In this document: positions 14,507 through 28,176 of the stretch, one piece after another
Layout: the number at the start of each line of letters is the position of its first letter
Position numbering within the stretch: the stretch's first letter is position 1
Origin: Parasitella parasitica NRRL 2501
Taxonomy: Eukaryota > Fungi > Mucoromycota
DNA: 64,000 bases
Assembly (NCBI GenBank): GCA_025201805.1
Contig: MU619325.1
Span: 73,174-137,173 of the forward strand
Reading direction: 5' to 3'
Translations under genes and position numbers: made by a program
The notes under the pieces: model-generated
What the model was told of the DNA's origin: nothing
Seen by the model: only the letters and a program-made list of their open reading frames with translations
Databases searched by the model: none

Positions 14507-15980
14507 ATGTTTACATTAAGAAATATTATTCGGGTTGCCGTGTTAACGCCAGTTGTGGTAATTCTTCTGACTATTGGGTGGTATCAACAAGAAATTGACC
14601 ATACGAAAAACTTGCCTGACAATACAATTCCACATCCACCAGACGACACATTTATTATTGCTGGTTATTTCATCAGTTGGTATGTGATTTACTTTAGAGT
14701 CCTAGTTGTATGCTTGAACCAACACAACAGGTAGGGGTATATACGATCGAGGCTTTAACGTTGTGGATCTACGAGCTGACAAACTATCGCACATTTTGTA
14801 CGCCTTTGCCAATGTCAATGAAGATGGCAGTATTGTTCTCGGTGCACGTATTTGCAGATAGTTTTCAAAGTGGGTCTATACTAACTCGGTTTATTCGATA
14901 GGATCCCTGGGCAGACACAGACATCAAATTTTCAAAAGGTTTGTTAGTTTCAGCATCGATGACACATGTAACAAACAGAAATTATCATTAGATAAGACGG
15001 TCGATGGAGTTGTAGATTTTTGGAAGGAAAATGACAATGATTTACACGGTAATTTCAAACAGCTCGCACTGCTTAAGCAAAAGAACAGACACCTCAAAGT
15101 ATCGCTTAGTGTCGGGGGCTCCAAATTTTCTTCCTTTACTGCAACATCCGAAATTCGATTGAGGTTTATAAAAACAGCAATGCAGCTTTTGCAAGATTTG
15201 GGTCTCGATGGTATTGACATTGATTGGGAATTTCCCAAGGACTCTACAGACGCAGAGAACTATGTCTTGCTAGTGAAAGAAATGCGAACTGCTTTGGATG
15301 AGTATCAGCTTGACCATGATCCCACCGACCAAAAGTTTTTGCTATCAGTTGCAATGCCCTGTGGACCTGAGAATTACCGTATACTGAAGCTGAGAGAAAT
15401 GGCACGCTACGTGGATATCTTTTATTTGATGGCATACGATTTGGCAGGCGAATGGGACCAGGAGATAGGACATCAGTCCAATCTCTATGGAGGACCACTG
15501 AATATAGACCAAGCAATAGCCTATTTCCAAAACGAAGGTGGAGTACCATCAAAGAAGATTGTCATGGGAATGCCTTTGTACGGAAGAGGGTTTTCAAATA
15601 CAGATGGGAGAGTGGGATCCGGCTATAGCGGCGTGCCTGATGGCTCTTGGGAAAGGGGTTTATTTGATTACAGAGATCTTCCTAGAGAAGGAGCCGCAGA
15701 ATTTATGGACAAAGATAGAGTAGCCTCGTGGTCCTACGATGCATCTAAACGGGAATTTGTGACATACGACTCACCAGCAGTAACAAGACTCAAGTGCGAG
15801 TATATCAAAAACAAACAGCTGGGAGGGGCAATGTTTTGGGAGCTGACTGCCGACAATTCGAAAGATGAATCAAGAAATCTGCTAGATATTGTATTTTCTA
15901 GCTTGGGCGACAAGCTGAACCGCATCGAAAACCACATTAGGTTTCCGTTGAGCAAGTTCAAAAACTTGATGCATAAATAA
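14507..15980 (+). CDS. GH18 chitinase with N-terminal hydrophobic signal/anchor
   Basis: Catalytic DGIDIDWEFP, YLMAYD, KKIVMGMPLYGRGF, LGGAMFWE; upstream exons AGYFISW/GIYDRGFNV..LSHILYAFANV/DPWADTD../LHGNFKQLALLKQKNRHLKVSLSVGG. Confidence 0.92.
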
Positions 15981-16177
15981 AGCTCATGTTGCTTTATCGT
16001 TGGCATCAAAATCCGAGTGGCAGGGAAGCAGTATCCTCAGTCACTTCTTTTTTTTTTTTTTCAAATGTGATGTTTCATACTAGAGTGTACATCTTTTTAT
16101 ATTGAATTGACAACTAAACAGAGCAAAGCATTGTTTTCTAAAAAAGAGAGAAAACTGCTTATATACTATAACACAAA

Positions 16178-18210
16178 ATGGACAGTAAATCAGCTCCTGG
16201 ATCACCCACAATGCATGATGCAGAGACTATTCCATCCACCTCGCAAACTCAATTTGAAGCCTATGCACCTGTAGAACAGCCTAGTCTCTGGAAAGTTTTC
16301 AAATCCCAGGTAGCCACCAAAGAGGGCTGGTGGGGTGATTTTGACTGGAAAATCATGTGTCTTCCCTCACTGTTTGTCAAGGAAAAGAGGAGCACCCCAT
16401 TCTGGGGCTTGAATAGTCGCTTGCCTCTGGGTTTGGCGTTGGTAATGGGATTTCAGCATTCGCTTGCTATGGTAACGTTGTTCAGAAATACAAGCCTCTC
16501 GGGTGGTATTTTTTTTTTTTGCTCATATAATTGATATTTGACAGGTCAGTGGTGTTGTTACACCAATTCTAATCATGACTGGCTCAGGTGCAACATCTTT
16601 GAACCTGGAAATGGCAGATCAACAGTATCTCCTGTCTGCTGCTTTAATATGTTCCGCTATTCTGTCTTTGATACAAATTACCCGCTTCAGGATCTGGAGA
16701 ACAGGTCAGATTTTGCAATAGCCTTTCAAATTTCAGTCTCTAATGCTATTATTTAGGCTATTATCTTGGTACAGGTTTACTGAGTGTGGTCGGCCCCAAT
16801 TTCGCTAGTATTCCAGCAGCGAGTGCCGTCATTAAAAACATGTACTCTAGTGGTTATTGCCCTACAAATGTCCTCGACGATGGAACGGTGCAGAATCTTC
16901 CTTGTCCTCAAGCTTGGGGCGCTATTTTGGGAACATGTAAGTATACCTGCTTAGGTTGTGCATTGCATATTTATTGATACGGGTACGTTTATTTAGCGAT
17001 GGTCTGTTCGTTTTTTGAGATAGGCATGAGCTTTTTGCCCCCCAAAACTATCCGTCGTCTCTTTCCTCCCATTGTGTCAGGTACAACGATCTTGTTGATT
17101 GGCTGTTCCGTTATCAGCACGGCACTACAGGATTGGGCTGGTGGGTCGGGTGCCTGTTCTGCAAGACCTGCTACCGGTCTCTATTCTCTATGTCCATCTA
17201 CGGAAGCTCCTCATGCCCTTCCATGGGGCAGCCCAGAATTTCTGGGCCTCGGCTTCCTGGTATTTGCGACCATTGTCCTCATTGAAAACTTGGGTTCTCC
17301 GTTCATGAAGAGCTCTCAAATCGTTATTGGTTTGATTGTGGGTTTGATTGTTGCAGCTGCCTGCGGATATGTTGATCACAGTACTATTGACACAGCACCG
17401 CCCATCACCTTTTTGTGGGTCAAGACATTTAAGATCACAGTGTACGGGCCTGCAGTGATACCGTTCTTGATTGTGTATCTGGACAACATGTTGGAGAGTA
17501 TTGGCGATATTACTGCGTCTTGTGATGTATCCGGCGTCGAAGTCGAGGGTGAGCCTTTTCAACGTCGCATCCAAGGCGGTTTGCTTGCGGATGGCGTTAA
17601 CTCCTTCCTGGCTGCCTGTATGACCATCAGTCCTCTTGTTACGTTTGCACAAAATAACGGCGTTGTGGCCATGACTCGCTGTGCTAATCGTATTGCTGGC
17701 TATTGCTGCTGCTTCTTTATTTTCATCTACGGCGTCTTTGGAAAGATTTCTTCTGTGTTTTTAGCCATTCCTTCTCCTGTTTTAGGTGGCATGAACGCAT
17801 TTTTGTTTGCATCTGTCACTGTATCTGGCATCCGTATTCTGGCTTACCTCGATTGGACCAGACGTGATCGTTTCATTGTCACTTGCTCGTTGGCCCTTGG
17901 GCTGGGCGTTACATTGGTCCCCTCTTGGTTTACACACGTCTTTAGTTATTCTGGCGATAACGAAGCTCTGCAAGGTTTCTTGAGTGCAATTGAAACTATT
18001 GTGGATACTGGCTATTGCATTGGATCATTAATGGCCATCTTTTTGAATTTGGTTGTCCCTGCCGAATGGGGGCCCGAGACAATGAAGGAATTAGAAGAAA
18101 AGGAGAGACAGGAGAGAGACGAAATTCGTGATGGATTCATCCATAACTCTGTCACTGAGGAGCACCCGCTCGAAGAATTAGCTGCTACTAGTAGAACTGT
18201 TGTGCCATAA
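16178..18210 (+). CDS. NCS2/NAT family uric acid-xanthine (purine) permease, UapA/UapC-like
   Basis: GFQHSLAM (TM1 QH), ESIGDITASCDVS, NAT signature TFAQNNGVVAMTR, many transmembrane segments; three introns. Confidence 0.92.
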
Positions 18211-18339
18211 TGGGATTTTTTTTATTTCAGTATGCTGTTTTGTATTTTTTAAAAATAATATAAAAAAGTTTCTTTTCATATTGTTTTCCCTTTTTCAATG
18301 TAAAATATACACGTATTGATCCTCGATTAGGTTATTTTA

Positions 18340-19783
18340 CTACGCGAGACCTTCTTTACCCATCCTTGCTGTTCGTAATTGCTTGGTTCTTAGCTTTTTG
18401 CTTTCCTCGTTAAAGTATTTTCTGTCTTCATTACTTAGAGCAGTTCGGTTAAAGCCCACTTCGTCGCCAGATTCATCAGAATCATCTTCCTGTTGTTGGC
18501 GTCCAATTGAATAACGGAAAATGCCCTTGATCAAATCGTTTGTTTTCAAATGGTGTTGAAATCCTTGTCCTAGGACATGTCGGAATGCGTTTAAAGGTAA
18601 AACCTTTGCCCAGCCTCGGAACGTAAGAGTCTTTCCGCCAATTTTAAGCTCTTCAGTCGGTTTCACGTTCTCTTCAACACTTTTGACAACATCGCGGAAT
18701 ACTGATTTCTGCTCTGTTCTATCGCTTTTTGCTCGATGACGGCTGCTATCGATTGACAGTCCTTTCAGAGTGTGGATCAAACCATCCATATTGTCATACT
18801 CTGGCTTAACGGTATCGCCGTCGTCTTCTTCGTCAGAATCTGATTTCAAGAAAATGTTTGCAGTTTCAAACATCAGACCAACATTTTCACCAGCAGAGAT
18901 TCGCACGTCTTTATCTGAGGATTCCAGCAAGATTTCATGCATGGGCATGACCCTAGACAGCCACCATGTTAAACCACTATGCCCACCATCCTACTAACAG
19001 TACAACTTACTTTTCCAGTTCTTCCCATAACACATCGAAATCGACAACGCCAGCAGTGAAAGAGGCAGCGAATAGCATACCGTAAGCTCGAATAGCCTCG
19101 CTAAATAAATTGTCCAAATCGGCTCTTGATAAATCCTCGACATTATAATCAGCACCATCTGTTTCAATAAAGTCAAACAGCTCATTTCGCACCAACTGCT
19201 TGTCAATATCAGACGCTGCAGTGTAAGTAATTAATGAGAGAGTTTGGAGGCACTATAGGACATGACTCAGTATATTTTCAACAATGAAACCCTGTGTTGA
19301 TATTGGTACATACGCTAATCTTGATTTCGACTTGTTCACTATCCTTGATTCTCGATCTCAATGAAGATAATATTCTGCGGTATAAGTCGTCACCTTCGCT
19401 TTCTGAAACGTTATCCATGTTGATAAATGTCAATGCAATAGCTTTGGATGCGAGGCATGCTTCGTTTGTGCTTGAATTCTTCAATAGTGATCTCTTTAGT
19501 AAGCCTAGGATATCTTCTAAACGGTCTTCAATTTGAGACGATGCATGATGACTCGACAAGATGCGTACAAGCGTTTCGAGAGATTCTTCTCGGTTGCTAA
19601 TGGGAGGCGTTAGCTCTCGGAAGGGGCGGGACACAGTTTGTAAAGAGTATACTACCTTGTTTTGTTTTCAAGATCTTCGATGGTTTGACTTAATTCGTCG
19701 GTCCAGTGAACAACTTTGAGAGACTCCTTTTCAAGCTTAGAGCTAATCTTTGGGACCTTTTTGGGTAAGAAATTTCCATACAT
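18340..19783 (-). CDS. Interferon-related developmental regulator (IFRD) domain protein
   Basis: ILLESSDKDVRISAGENVGLMFE, SSRHRAKSDRTEQKSVFRDV, FRHVLGQGFQHHLKTN, basic C-terminus; ATG at 19781-19783 inferred by manual splicing. Confidence 0.8.
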
Positions 19784-20304
19784 TTTTGTAGTGTGTTAAT
19801 TGTAAAGTGAAGAAAAAGTCGAGGCAACGCAGTCTCTGTAGCGATATTTATACTATTTGCATTGTCGAACAATGACGTCGTGCAAGTAAATGCTCGCTTG
19901 GTTTTTGCATTTATTGAAACCTGTTTTTTTGAAACAAAATGTTCTTCAGTCGGCTTTAATGTGCCATTCAAATAGGCTAGATTATATCTAGGAAGTGTCT
20001 ATTTAGCATAAACTTGCATTAGACAAGTTTGTTTCTTTATGTTTTCTAGTAATTTTTTTCAAAGATCAGTGAGAGGGATAGATTACTGCGGTAGTCGATG
20101 CAAACTGCGGTTGTGCAACTGCAGCTTTCTACCAAATCTTTTTTCTTTACAGAAAATATAAAAAAAGAGCATGTCTTGTGAATTGGTTATGGCGAATTGA
20201 CATATAGCGTATCCTGTAAATGTATATTTTTTCTGTTTGTTAAATATGTTTTATTATGATTTTGGGAAATGATACACGGGAAGAAGGATATACAATTTTT
20301 CTAT

Positions 20305-22013
20305 CTATTTAGAAAGTTTGGTGATTTTGGCATCACAGCCACCTTTGGGGATAGCAAGACCAATTTGGCTGTTGGTAGCATCATAGATATGATAAAAGTT
20401 GTTGAGGAAGGCACCACCCAATGTCCAATTGGTGTCTTCACCCTTGTTACGGCCAATGAGAGTGTGGCATTGCTTTTCGCCATCTCTTTTGACATAGAGC
20501 TTTGGAGGCAGAGATACTCGGTAGCCATTAAAGTCAATTTTTAAGGTAGGCAAGTCATCGACATTTTCGCAACATTCAAATCTGTAAACGCCATCATCTT
20601 CATCATACGTAGCGTCAATAGCAGCATGCAAGAGGTCAGCTTGATCTGTAGGGGCCAGAATAAAGTTGGAGCCGGTGTTCATGGATGCTAATGTCTTGGG
20701 GGCCAATTTGATATCGGCTTTGTCGCCGAATTTAACGCACTTGATTTCCGTCTTCCAGAAGGGGGAGTCGCCGAAATCACAGGTAGGTAATTTAAAGTAA
20801 GCAATGTCACCTTTGTACACATCGTGATCAATGCCGCCGAAAATGAATTCAGCGTCTGATTGATCGTTACTTCTTTTTTGGTAGAATTGACTAGAGGGGC
20901 TAGAGGCGACCATGCCGAATTGTTGAGATGATTGCCCATAGGCGCTTTGGAAGCCATTTTGTGCGTATCCGCCAGAGCTTACAACTATTATACAAAAGCA
21001 AAGAATTTAATATACGCATGAGGGCATTTTAATATGGGAAAAGAAGAGTCTAGATTTTCTAAACCTTACCTTGTCTCTCTAAAAAAAAAAAGAAAAGAGG
21101 GCTTAGCAAACGTTTTCATTTTTTGATACCATTACTTACTTTGGCTTGATGAGGCTGAGTTGGATGTCAAATAATCAGTAGAGCCATCAGCGTTAAAACC
21201 ACCTAAACCAAGGGAGCCGACTATACGAAATGATATCATACTTTAGTCATGATATATGTTTTGTATCCATGTCTATATATACATACGATAAGAATCACCG
21301 CCTAGACCTTTGACGCTATAAGCGCTGCCAAACAATTGGTTTGACACAGCAAGGCCTGCAACGGAAATTGTATCCTATACGCACAGATTTCGTTTAATCA
21401 TTAACTATATTAATTAATTATAGGGCTCTCTCCTTACTCTATAGAGACGTGCATCAATGCAAACGCCTTCATCGTATTTGATAGATTGTTTCTTGTGAAG
21501 GTCAACAGCGGTTGATGAAGAATTAGCATTGTAAAGGTTGGATTGTTGACGACATTCAGGAGTATGGCACTAGATTACAAATATGGCAATTAATACAAAT
21601 ACGTCAAAAAAATGGCTTGCATAATGGCTACCTCAGCAGCTGGAACCCAAGTCAGCGAGTTGCCAGTGTCAAAGACTACCGAGAAAGTTTGCGGTGGCGT
21701 GCCTAATAGTTCAGGGTATTTTTAGCATTTTCTCGGAATTGTATCCGCTTTCGACATGTTTGTTGCCTTACCAACTTTTATCTTTGCAACAAGCTATAAA
21801 AGCAATAGGGAACAAAATGAATAAATTTTTATTTGTTAAGGGGTCGAAATGCATATAATTCAAAAAGAAAAAGAAAAAAAGACAACATACCAAGCCGTCT
21901 TCAATTGTCATGGGTTCTCTCTTTAAAGAACATCTCTTTTCCAATTTGGCGCCTGAACTGGACGATATGAATAAAATAGCTGTTGAGAGAATTACAGTCG
22001 AGGAAAAGCGCAT
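20305..22013 (-). CDS. Secreted A1 (pepsin-like) aspartic protease homologue; second catalytic Asp replaced by Asn
   Basis: Signal peptide MRFSSTVILSTAILFISSSSG; GTPPQTFSVVFDTGNSLTWVP (first DTG at 21662-21670); EFIFGGID; ASMNTGSNFI (second motif NTG); WTLGGAFLNNFYHIYDATNSQIGLA. Confidence 0.85.
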
Positions 22014-22665
22014 TTGTGAATAAATATATATATATAAAGGAAAAAGAAAAAAAAAAAAAGAATTATATATAATGGTATGTAAAGAAGAAACAACAGAAAA
22101 CAAAGACTCATTTGAAAGGAATTAGTTTATATATTAGATTTAAGGGGATCCTTTTTGCTACTCTTGACTGTGTAACTATTTTCCATAGTTTATAAATATA
22201 AATTGGGTTTATCTTGTGATGAAAATGGCCATGTCCTGCGGCCTGAGGTTTTGCAATACGATAATAGACGCTCGATTCTTACTTGATTTAGGGTTATAAC
22301 GGGAAAGCAAGCCAAAAATAGATCGACATTTAGCACGATATATGCTCAAAAGCATTAAATGCTTTGCTCTAGCTACTCAATTTTCGTGTGGAAATGTTGT
22401 CAACCATTTCTTCAAGTGCAACATATGGCTGGTTTATAGGCATGATAATATTTTTTTCTTTTACAAAATGGCTTCAGCCCAGCTTGATTTTATATTTATA
22501 TATATAAAACTGTAGATCTTGTATCTCAATGATGACACATGAATGTACCTTGGTCTTACATAGGGTTCATATTGGGGTTGAAAGGCCAAGCCTTGGTTAC
22601 AGAATTTTTTTAAACCTTGCTCATCGTTTCCTACGTAGAGTATTTTTTTTTTTTTTTTTTTTTTT

Positions 22666-22675
22666 NNNNNNNNNN
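22666..22675. other. Assembly gap (10 N) after a long poly-T run
   Basis: Run of n characters. Confidence 1.
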
Positions 22676-22729
22676 TGGGTTAAGCATTTTTCAATTCAAA
22701 GCAACGCTCATATAATAGATTTTTAGATT

Positions 22730-22960
22730 TAATAGCGATGGATTATAGGCGCAAATAAGATAGACTTGTCTGGATGCTTGAAAATGTTCTAGATACTCAA
22801 TTTGGAACCGAACAACAGGTTGCCTCGCATTCTATATATAGCTGCTCTCCAGTTATGGTGAAGTATGGACAAAAGCGCATAAATTATATCTCGTTTTGCA
22901 ATATATAGAAGCGGAATTTTGTTCAAAACTCTTCAAGCACCGGATTTATCTCAATCAATT
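22730..22960 (+). mobile_element. Possible highly decayed Mutator/SWIM transposase relic
   Basis: Interrupted frame DYRRK*DRLVWMLENVLD and a later FKHRIYL resemble recalled RLDRL..IL and CKH(I)YL segments of Mucorales MULE-SWIM proteins; many stops. Confidence 0.25.
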
Positions 22961-24798
22961 GCATTTCAACTTCTTACTTTTGGCCGTATAATAGTAAACG
23001 ATAGCTCTCAGAGTGCTGTCAAGGATATTTTTGAGCAGATGTTCGTCCTGTGTCCTCGCAAAAGCTATCATTACTGACTATCATTTGTAAAAGTCGGAGT
23101 TGAAAATAAAACAGTGCCACAGACTCCATGTGGATCAAATTGGCCATCAAATTTGTTCATCAAGAAGTGTTTTTTGACGAAATAGGTACCGTAATGTCGT
23201 TTGTTTCAGAAACCTCTTTAAGATCACGCAAAGTAGTCTTAATAAAACATCTGATGCACTTGGTTACATAAATTTTGAATATAATTTCAGTGAGTAATTT
23301 GAAAAATACGTGAAATTTGTTTTTGGCTATTTAATCAGCATTTCACAAATGAAATGCACCCAAAAAGTCCTTTGCAATGTCAGGTGAACTCATACCAACA
23401 AATAGTATTACAGTGTGCTATAGTAAAAAGTTTTGATTTGATGCCCAAAAATGCCTTCGACTGATTTTGGCCATTTTGGCCTTACCATTGTAAGGCAGAA
23501 TTTGATGGAAAACGTTGATTTTGCATCAAAAAAAAAAGTTTCTCAAAATAGCCAGAAATAGAACAGTAGGTATATGTCGTGTGCAAAGTATAATTTTGCT
23601 TGGTTTTGAGGACTCTAACTAGGAAAACCCGGTGATAAAAGGTCATTTATTGCAATTTTTTTCTTTTTTGGCTGTAAATTGATGCATAAAACGACACTAA
23701 TGTCTAAAGGAAGCATATCTTAACTGATCTGATCAATTCTTTTGTGTCAAAAATCTGAAAGCGTATGTGTATACCTTATTGCCTCAATAGTTTTTTTGGG
23801 TATCGAAAGCATGCCAAAAATAAAAACAAATCCAAGTTCCAGTATGTAATCTTATTCAAAGGTTGCTGATAGAGATTAAAACCATTGAGCATTGAAATGT
23901 CAGAAAGTTAAAACCATATACATACCAAGCCTTTTTAATAGCATCTCGTTCTTCGTTTGGATATGCATTAACTACACATTTATTAGATATTCTCACTATA
24001 TCAAAGCGTGTATTCTTCCAAGCTTCATTCTATATATATACATTTATTTCCATAATCTTTAGACAAGTCTCAGCCACCTTACATCATGTTGTCCTTTTTT
24101 AATGTCAAAATAGTCTATTTTTATTGCATATCAGTATTACCAAACTATGTAGTATGCTATGGCGCTATGGATCGTGTATCATATTATTATATAGCTTATC
24201 ATTGTTTCCACGGAAGCATACAAAAGAAACAAAGATCAAATGATGAAACAGATTCACAGTCTATTAATAATTGTGCTGGTCATACAAAACTTTGATGAAC
24301 CACTCTGTTTATAACGCATATTATTATTAGAACTAATCTGTAAATTTGGAAACGTTATTATATACAATATTGTTATTTAATATGATAAACGCATGTATAA
24401 AACAGCAAACTATATGGGAAATGGAAGAGGGATCTATCAAATTCCAGGATTTAAACCTATATACACAGGGTTTTGTGTTGTACAAGAGCCAAAAAAAATT
24501 CAATGCAGCTTCCCGTAAACTCAAAAAATGATCGACTCGATCAGGAGTGGGAAATGGAGACATAGCATACATTTAAAAGATACACCCCAGCGCAAAATTT
24601 TGAAGGTCGATATCATCATAGAAACCATATACTATACATTCTATATGATAGCGTGCAAGAGTAATATATGCTCATTACATTGGATATATAATTGTCGAGA
24701 ATTTTTTATTTTAATAAAACAACGAATAATATAAACATTAATTGAGATAGTAATTGTAATTATTAGATGAGGCTCTTGTGAGCAATAAACAAAGTAGT

Positions 24799-25516
24799 TT
24801 AAATCAAGAAATAAGCAGTTACACCAGCCATAACCATTAAGCCTTGACCAATGTAGTGATGATTCGATGTAGAAGATGATGATGCAGTAGTGGAGGAGGA
24901 TGAGGAAGGCAGAGCTACAGATGCTGAGTTGCTAGGGATAGTGGTTGAAGCAGCAACTGAAGGGGCAACTGAACTACTGCTGGTGGTTCTGTTTAAAACA
25001 AGAAGTCAACATTTTAATAAAAGATCAGACATGTATAGTATATACAAGTACTTACGTATTGTATGTCTGTGCAATGGAGCAAAAGGTGTCTTTTGATCCC
25101 TTGGCAAATGGCATTCCAGGATCGTTGGGGCAGTTATCATAACACGATAGCTTAGCTGTATGCCACTATAAGAAAAAATCAGCTACTTGTTCAAATTCAT
25201 TATTTGGGGAGATATATCATACCTTACAGAGACATGAATAGTCTACAAAAGTGTATATAATCGAAATATCAATATTACAGGGAACTGAACAAACTTATAA
25301 TGTATGTATACCTCGATCGAGACAAGTTTTCAAGTAAGTGTCCTCATTAGACAAACATGTAGTCAAACTATATAGAATATATCAACTTGGTGCTATGGAT
25401 TTACTATAGTGCACAAATAAAACTTACACTTGTTGGGCTGCGCAAGCTGCAACTTGGGCCGAGACCAATTGAGAAAATGCAATCGATGAGATCAGAGCAA
25501 CAAATGTAAACTTCAT
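24799..25516 (-). CDS. Small secreted Cys-rich, Ser/Thr-rich, probably GPI-anchored protein (5 exons)
   Basis: MKFTFVALISSIAFSQLVSAQVAACAAQQV/LTTCLSNEDTYLKTCLDR/DYSCLCK/WHTAKLSCYDNCPNDP..FCSIAQTYNT/S,T-rich stalk..GQGLMVMAGVTAYFLI*. Confidence 0.8.
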
Positions 25517-28176
25517 TAAAAACCGAAAAAATAATTAGAAACAAAAAAACGAAAATAAAGACAAAAGAGAGATTCCACCTCTGTTTATAATGAGTTTTTT
25601 TTTTTCTCTCTATTTGCATAAAGAATACGGGGAGGAGGGGAGGGGAGACGGAGGGAGGAGTTAAGGAGTTAAAGTGCACAAGAAGTGTAATATATAATCA
25701 GGGGCAAAAAATCGACATTTGTATGTATTATATACAATACGAAACAGGGAGCAAGATTCAAGAGAGGGGAAATTTGGGGTTTTCAATAGTTTTATTCAAT
25801 ATACGCAATGTAAAGCATAGAAACGCTCTATGAAACCATGATGATGGCAAATGGGATGGGATGGATTTGATAAGCCTCGACTTTTCAACTTTTAATCATC
25901 TACCTCGATTACTTTGAATTACAGATTTAAAGCAGTGTCTTCAAGAAAGGAGAGACCTACTATGTACGGTATACAAAGAATTAAATGAAGATTTAAACAA
26001 AGTCAACTGCCGAAAGATTGCAAAATTTTAGTACGTTGAAAGGTCATTTCGCTAGACGTTATACTATACTCGATATACTCGAAAAAACGCTTTCGCTATA
26101 TACTGGCAAAACAAGTTGTAAATTATACGGAATAACATCAACGCTTGTTTTGCTGACCAACAGTATCAATCAAAATATTTTCTCAACTCTGCAATCAAGC
26201 TAAAATGATAACTTTTTTAGCAAATCGAACTCATATATCATTGCTCCGTCTTTTGGCTATAGATATAATGTTTTTGGCTTATTGTATTTATATTCTTACG
26301 GTGCCTTCAGTTCAAAGATGTTGTCTAAGGTTAGCTCACGTACTCACTGACCCAATTGCGCTTTTGGGGGAGGGGGATGTCTAATGGTGTATCTAGTTGT
26401 GATGATCTTAGGTCAAAAATCAAACGAAATGTTCAGTATATTTATGTCATTAATTGCTTGCGTGGAATTTGTCTGATTCTCAACAAACTGATGATGACTT
26501 TGCCCAGGGAAACCAAAACAAGACGTTAGATACCTTAAATCCCAAATTAGCCATAATGGATTTATCTTTACAAAACACTAGCAATGATACCAACAATGGA
26601 GCCACAAGACTTTCCATGATCAAAGGTTTCGAGAACAGCTTTACATATCTCAAAAATCATGCTAGCATCAACAAGGAGAATTCCGATACGATTCTTGTAC
26701 ATGCTTTTGTTACATAGTTGACGAGAGAAAAAGGATATGCCTAAAAATACTTGGTTTAATCTCTCATGATTCAGCCTTCTTTATCTCTACCTTCTACTGG
26801 CAAATATAATGCAAGCTCGAATTCAACTGTATTAACACATCTCAACGAGGATCATTCAAAAGAATTGAGCTTCCCTTCACATCTTATACGTATAATTAAA
26901 CAAAGACGGCGTCAGCCTCTTCTTTGCTATGTATTGTGTTCAGAAAAATTCTACATAATGCAAGTAGCAGTACAGACCTTTTATGTTTCCACATGCTTAG
27001 ATTTAGGTACATGAATAGGCGATTGAGCGTCAAAGCAGAACTTTTTTTCATCCATCTTTTCGTACAGATATTTACTTTCATTGACCAATAGAATTCTATG
27101 GCCAATAGTACTTATTCGGCTCTCCCAGCAGTAACAAGGCATCTACAAGCAAGAAAAAAAAAGTAGCAAAGGGCAAAACACACCCTGTAGATGAATTATT
27201 ATAAAAGAACCAGCTACAGATTACGTTGATGATAATAACGAGAGCGGTGCTCAAGATAGTTCAGATTTGTGCCAAAAGGAACAACAGCTGCGCACTTTAT
27301 CAAATCCATAAATGTTCTGTTTGATATCATAGCAAGCCGATGTATCTGCCTCTGTATTCGTGTGAGTTGAACCCAATTGAACAGCTCTTGCTGTATTATC
27401 AAATGGTGATTCCAAAACATTATAACCCAAACTCAAGTCTTTTAAATAATTAAGGATAGGGCGATTACTCAAAAAATGAGCCATGGGTTAAACTTATAAC
27501 TGATGGTGATCACTTGTTTTCTTAGCTTTTTTAACAGAGTTCTATAAATATATAATATTACCAGCCCTGACGACCCTGTAAATGTGATTGTGACACCTTG
27601 AAAGCATTGTTGGTAAACACACACACATGATATTGTTGCGTTAAAGGAATTATTCGACATCTGAAGATACCTTGGTGGTGGATAATTTGCGTTGAATCAA
27701 ACAGACATCAACCCATTTAAATTTACTGATCTCCAAAGAATACAATACAAGAGTTTTAAAACGATCAGATGCCATGTGCTCGGCTGGTAAAAATCACACA
27801 CACACACATAGACACACATGCACTGTAAATATAGCTTTTCTTACCAAAACAAAAAGTTGTGCTGACAACATATTTCTTTTATGTAATAGCAAAGGGTCTT
27901 TTCCTCTAAAAAAGAAAAAAGAGGAAAGGAAAGGGAAGCCCTGTTGTTGTGGTATCACAATGTTTTCCATGGGAAAAAAGCATTGCTGTTTCAACAAAAG
28001 GAGACTCTGTTCAATGTATCATCAACTTGTGTGCGCATTTGATGTCTGCCATATGAATTACTTACACCCATAGACGTAAAAATAGCCATTTGTATATATA
28101 AACATGGCATTTTTTTTTTTTTGATTTAGTTTGTCTATATTTTTTTTTCTCTGTCTCTTTCTCTACAGCCATTTTA

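Noticed and set aside
26454-27660. Cluster of 60-90 aa ORFs on both strands
   Set aside because: Frequent stops and no motif I can name; possibly a relic but unsupported.
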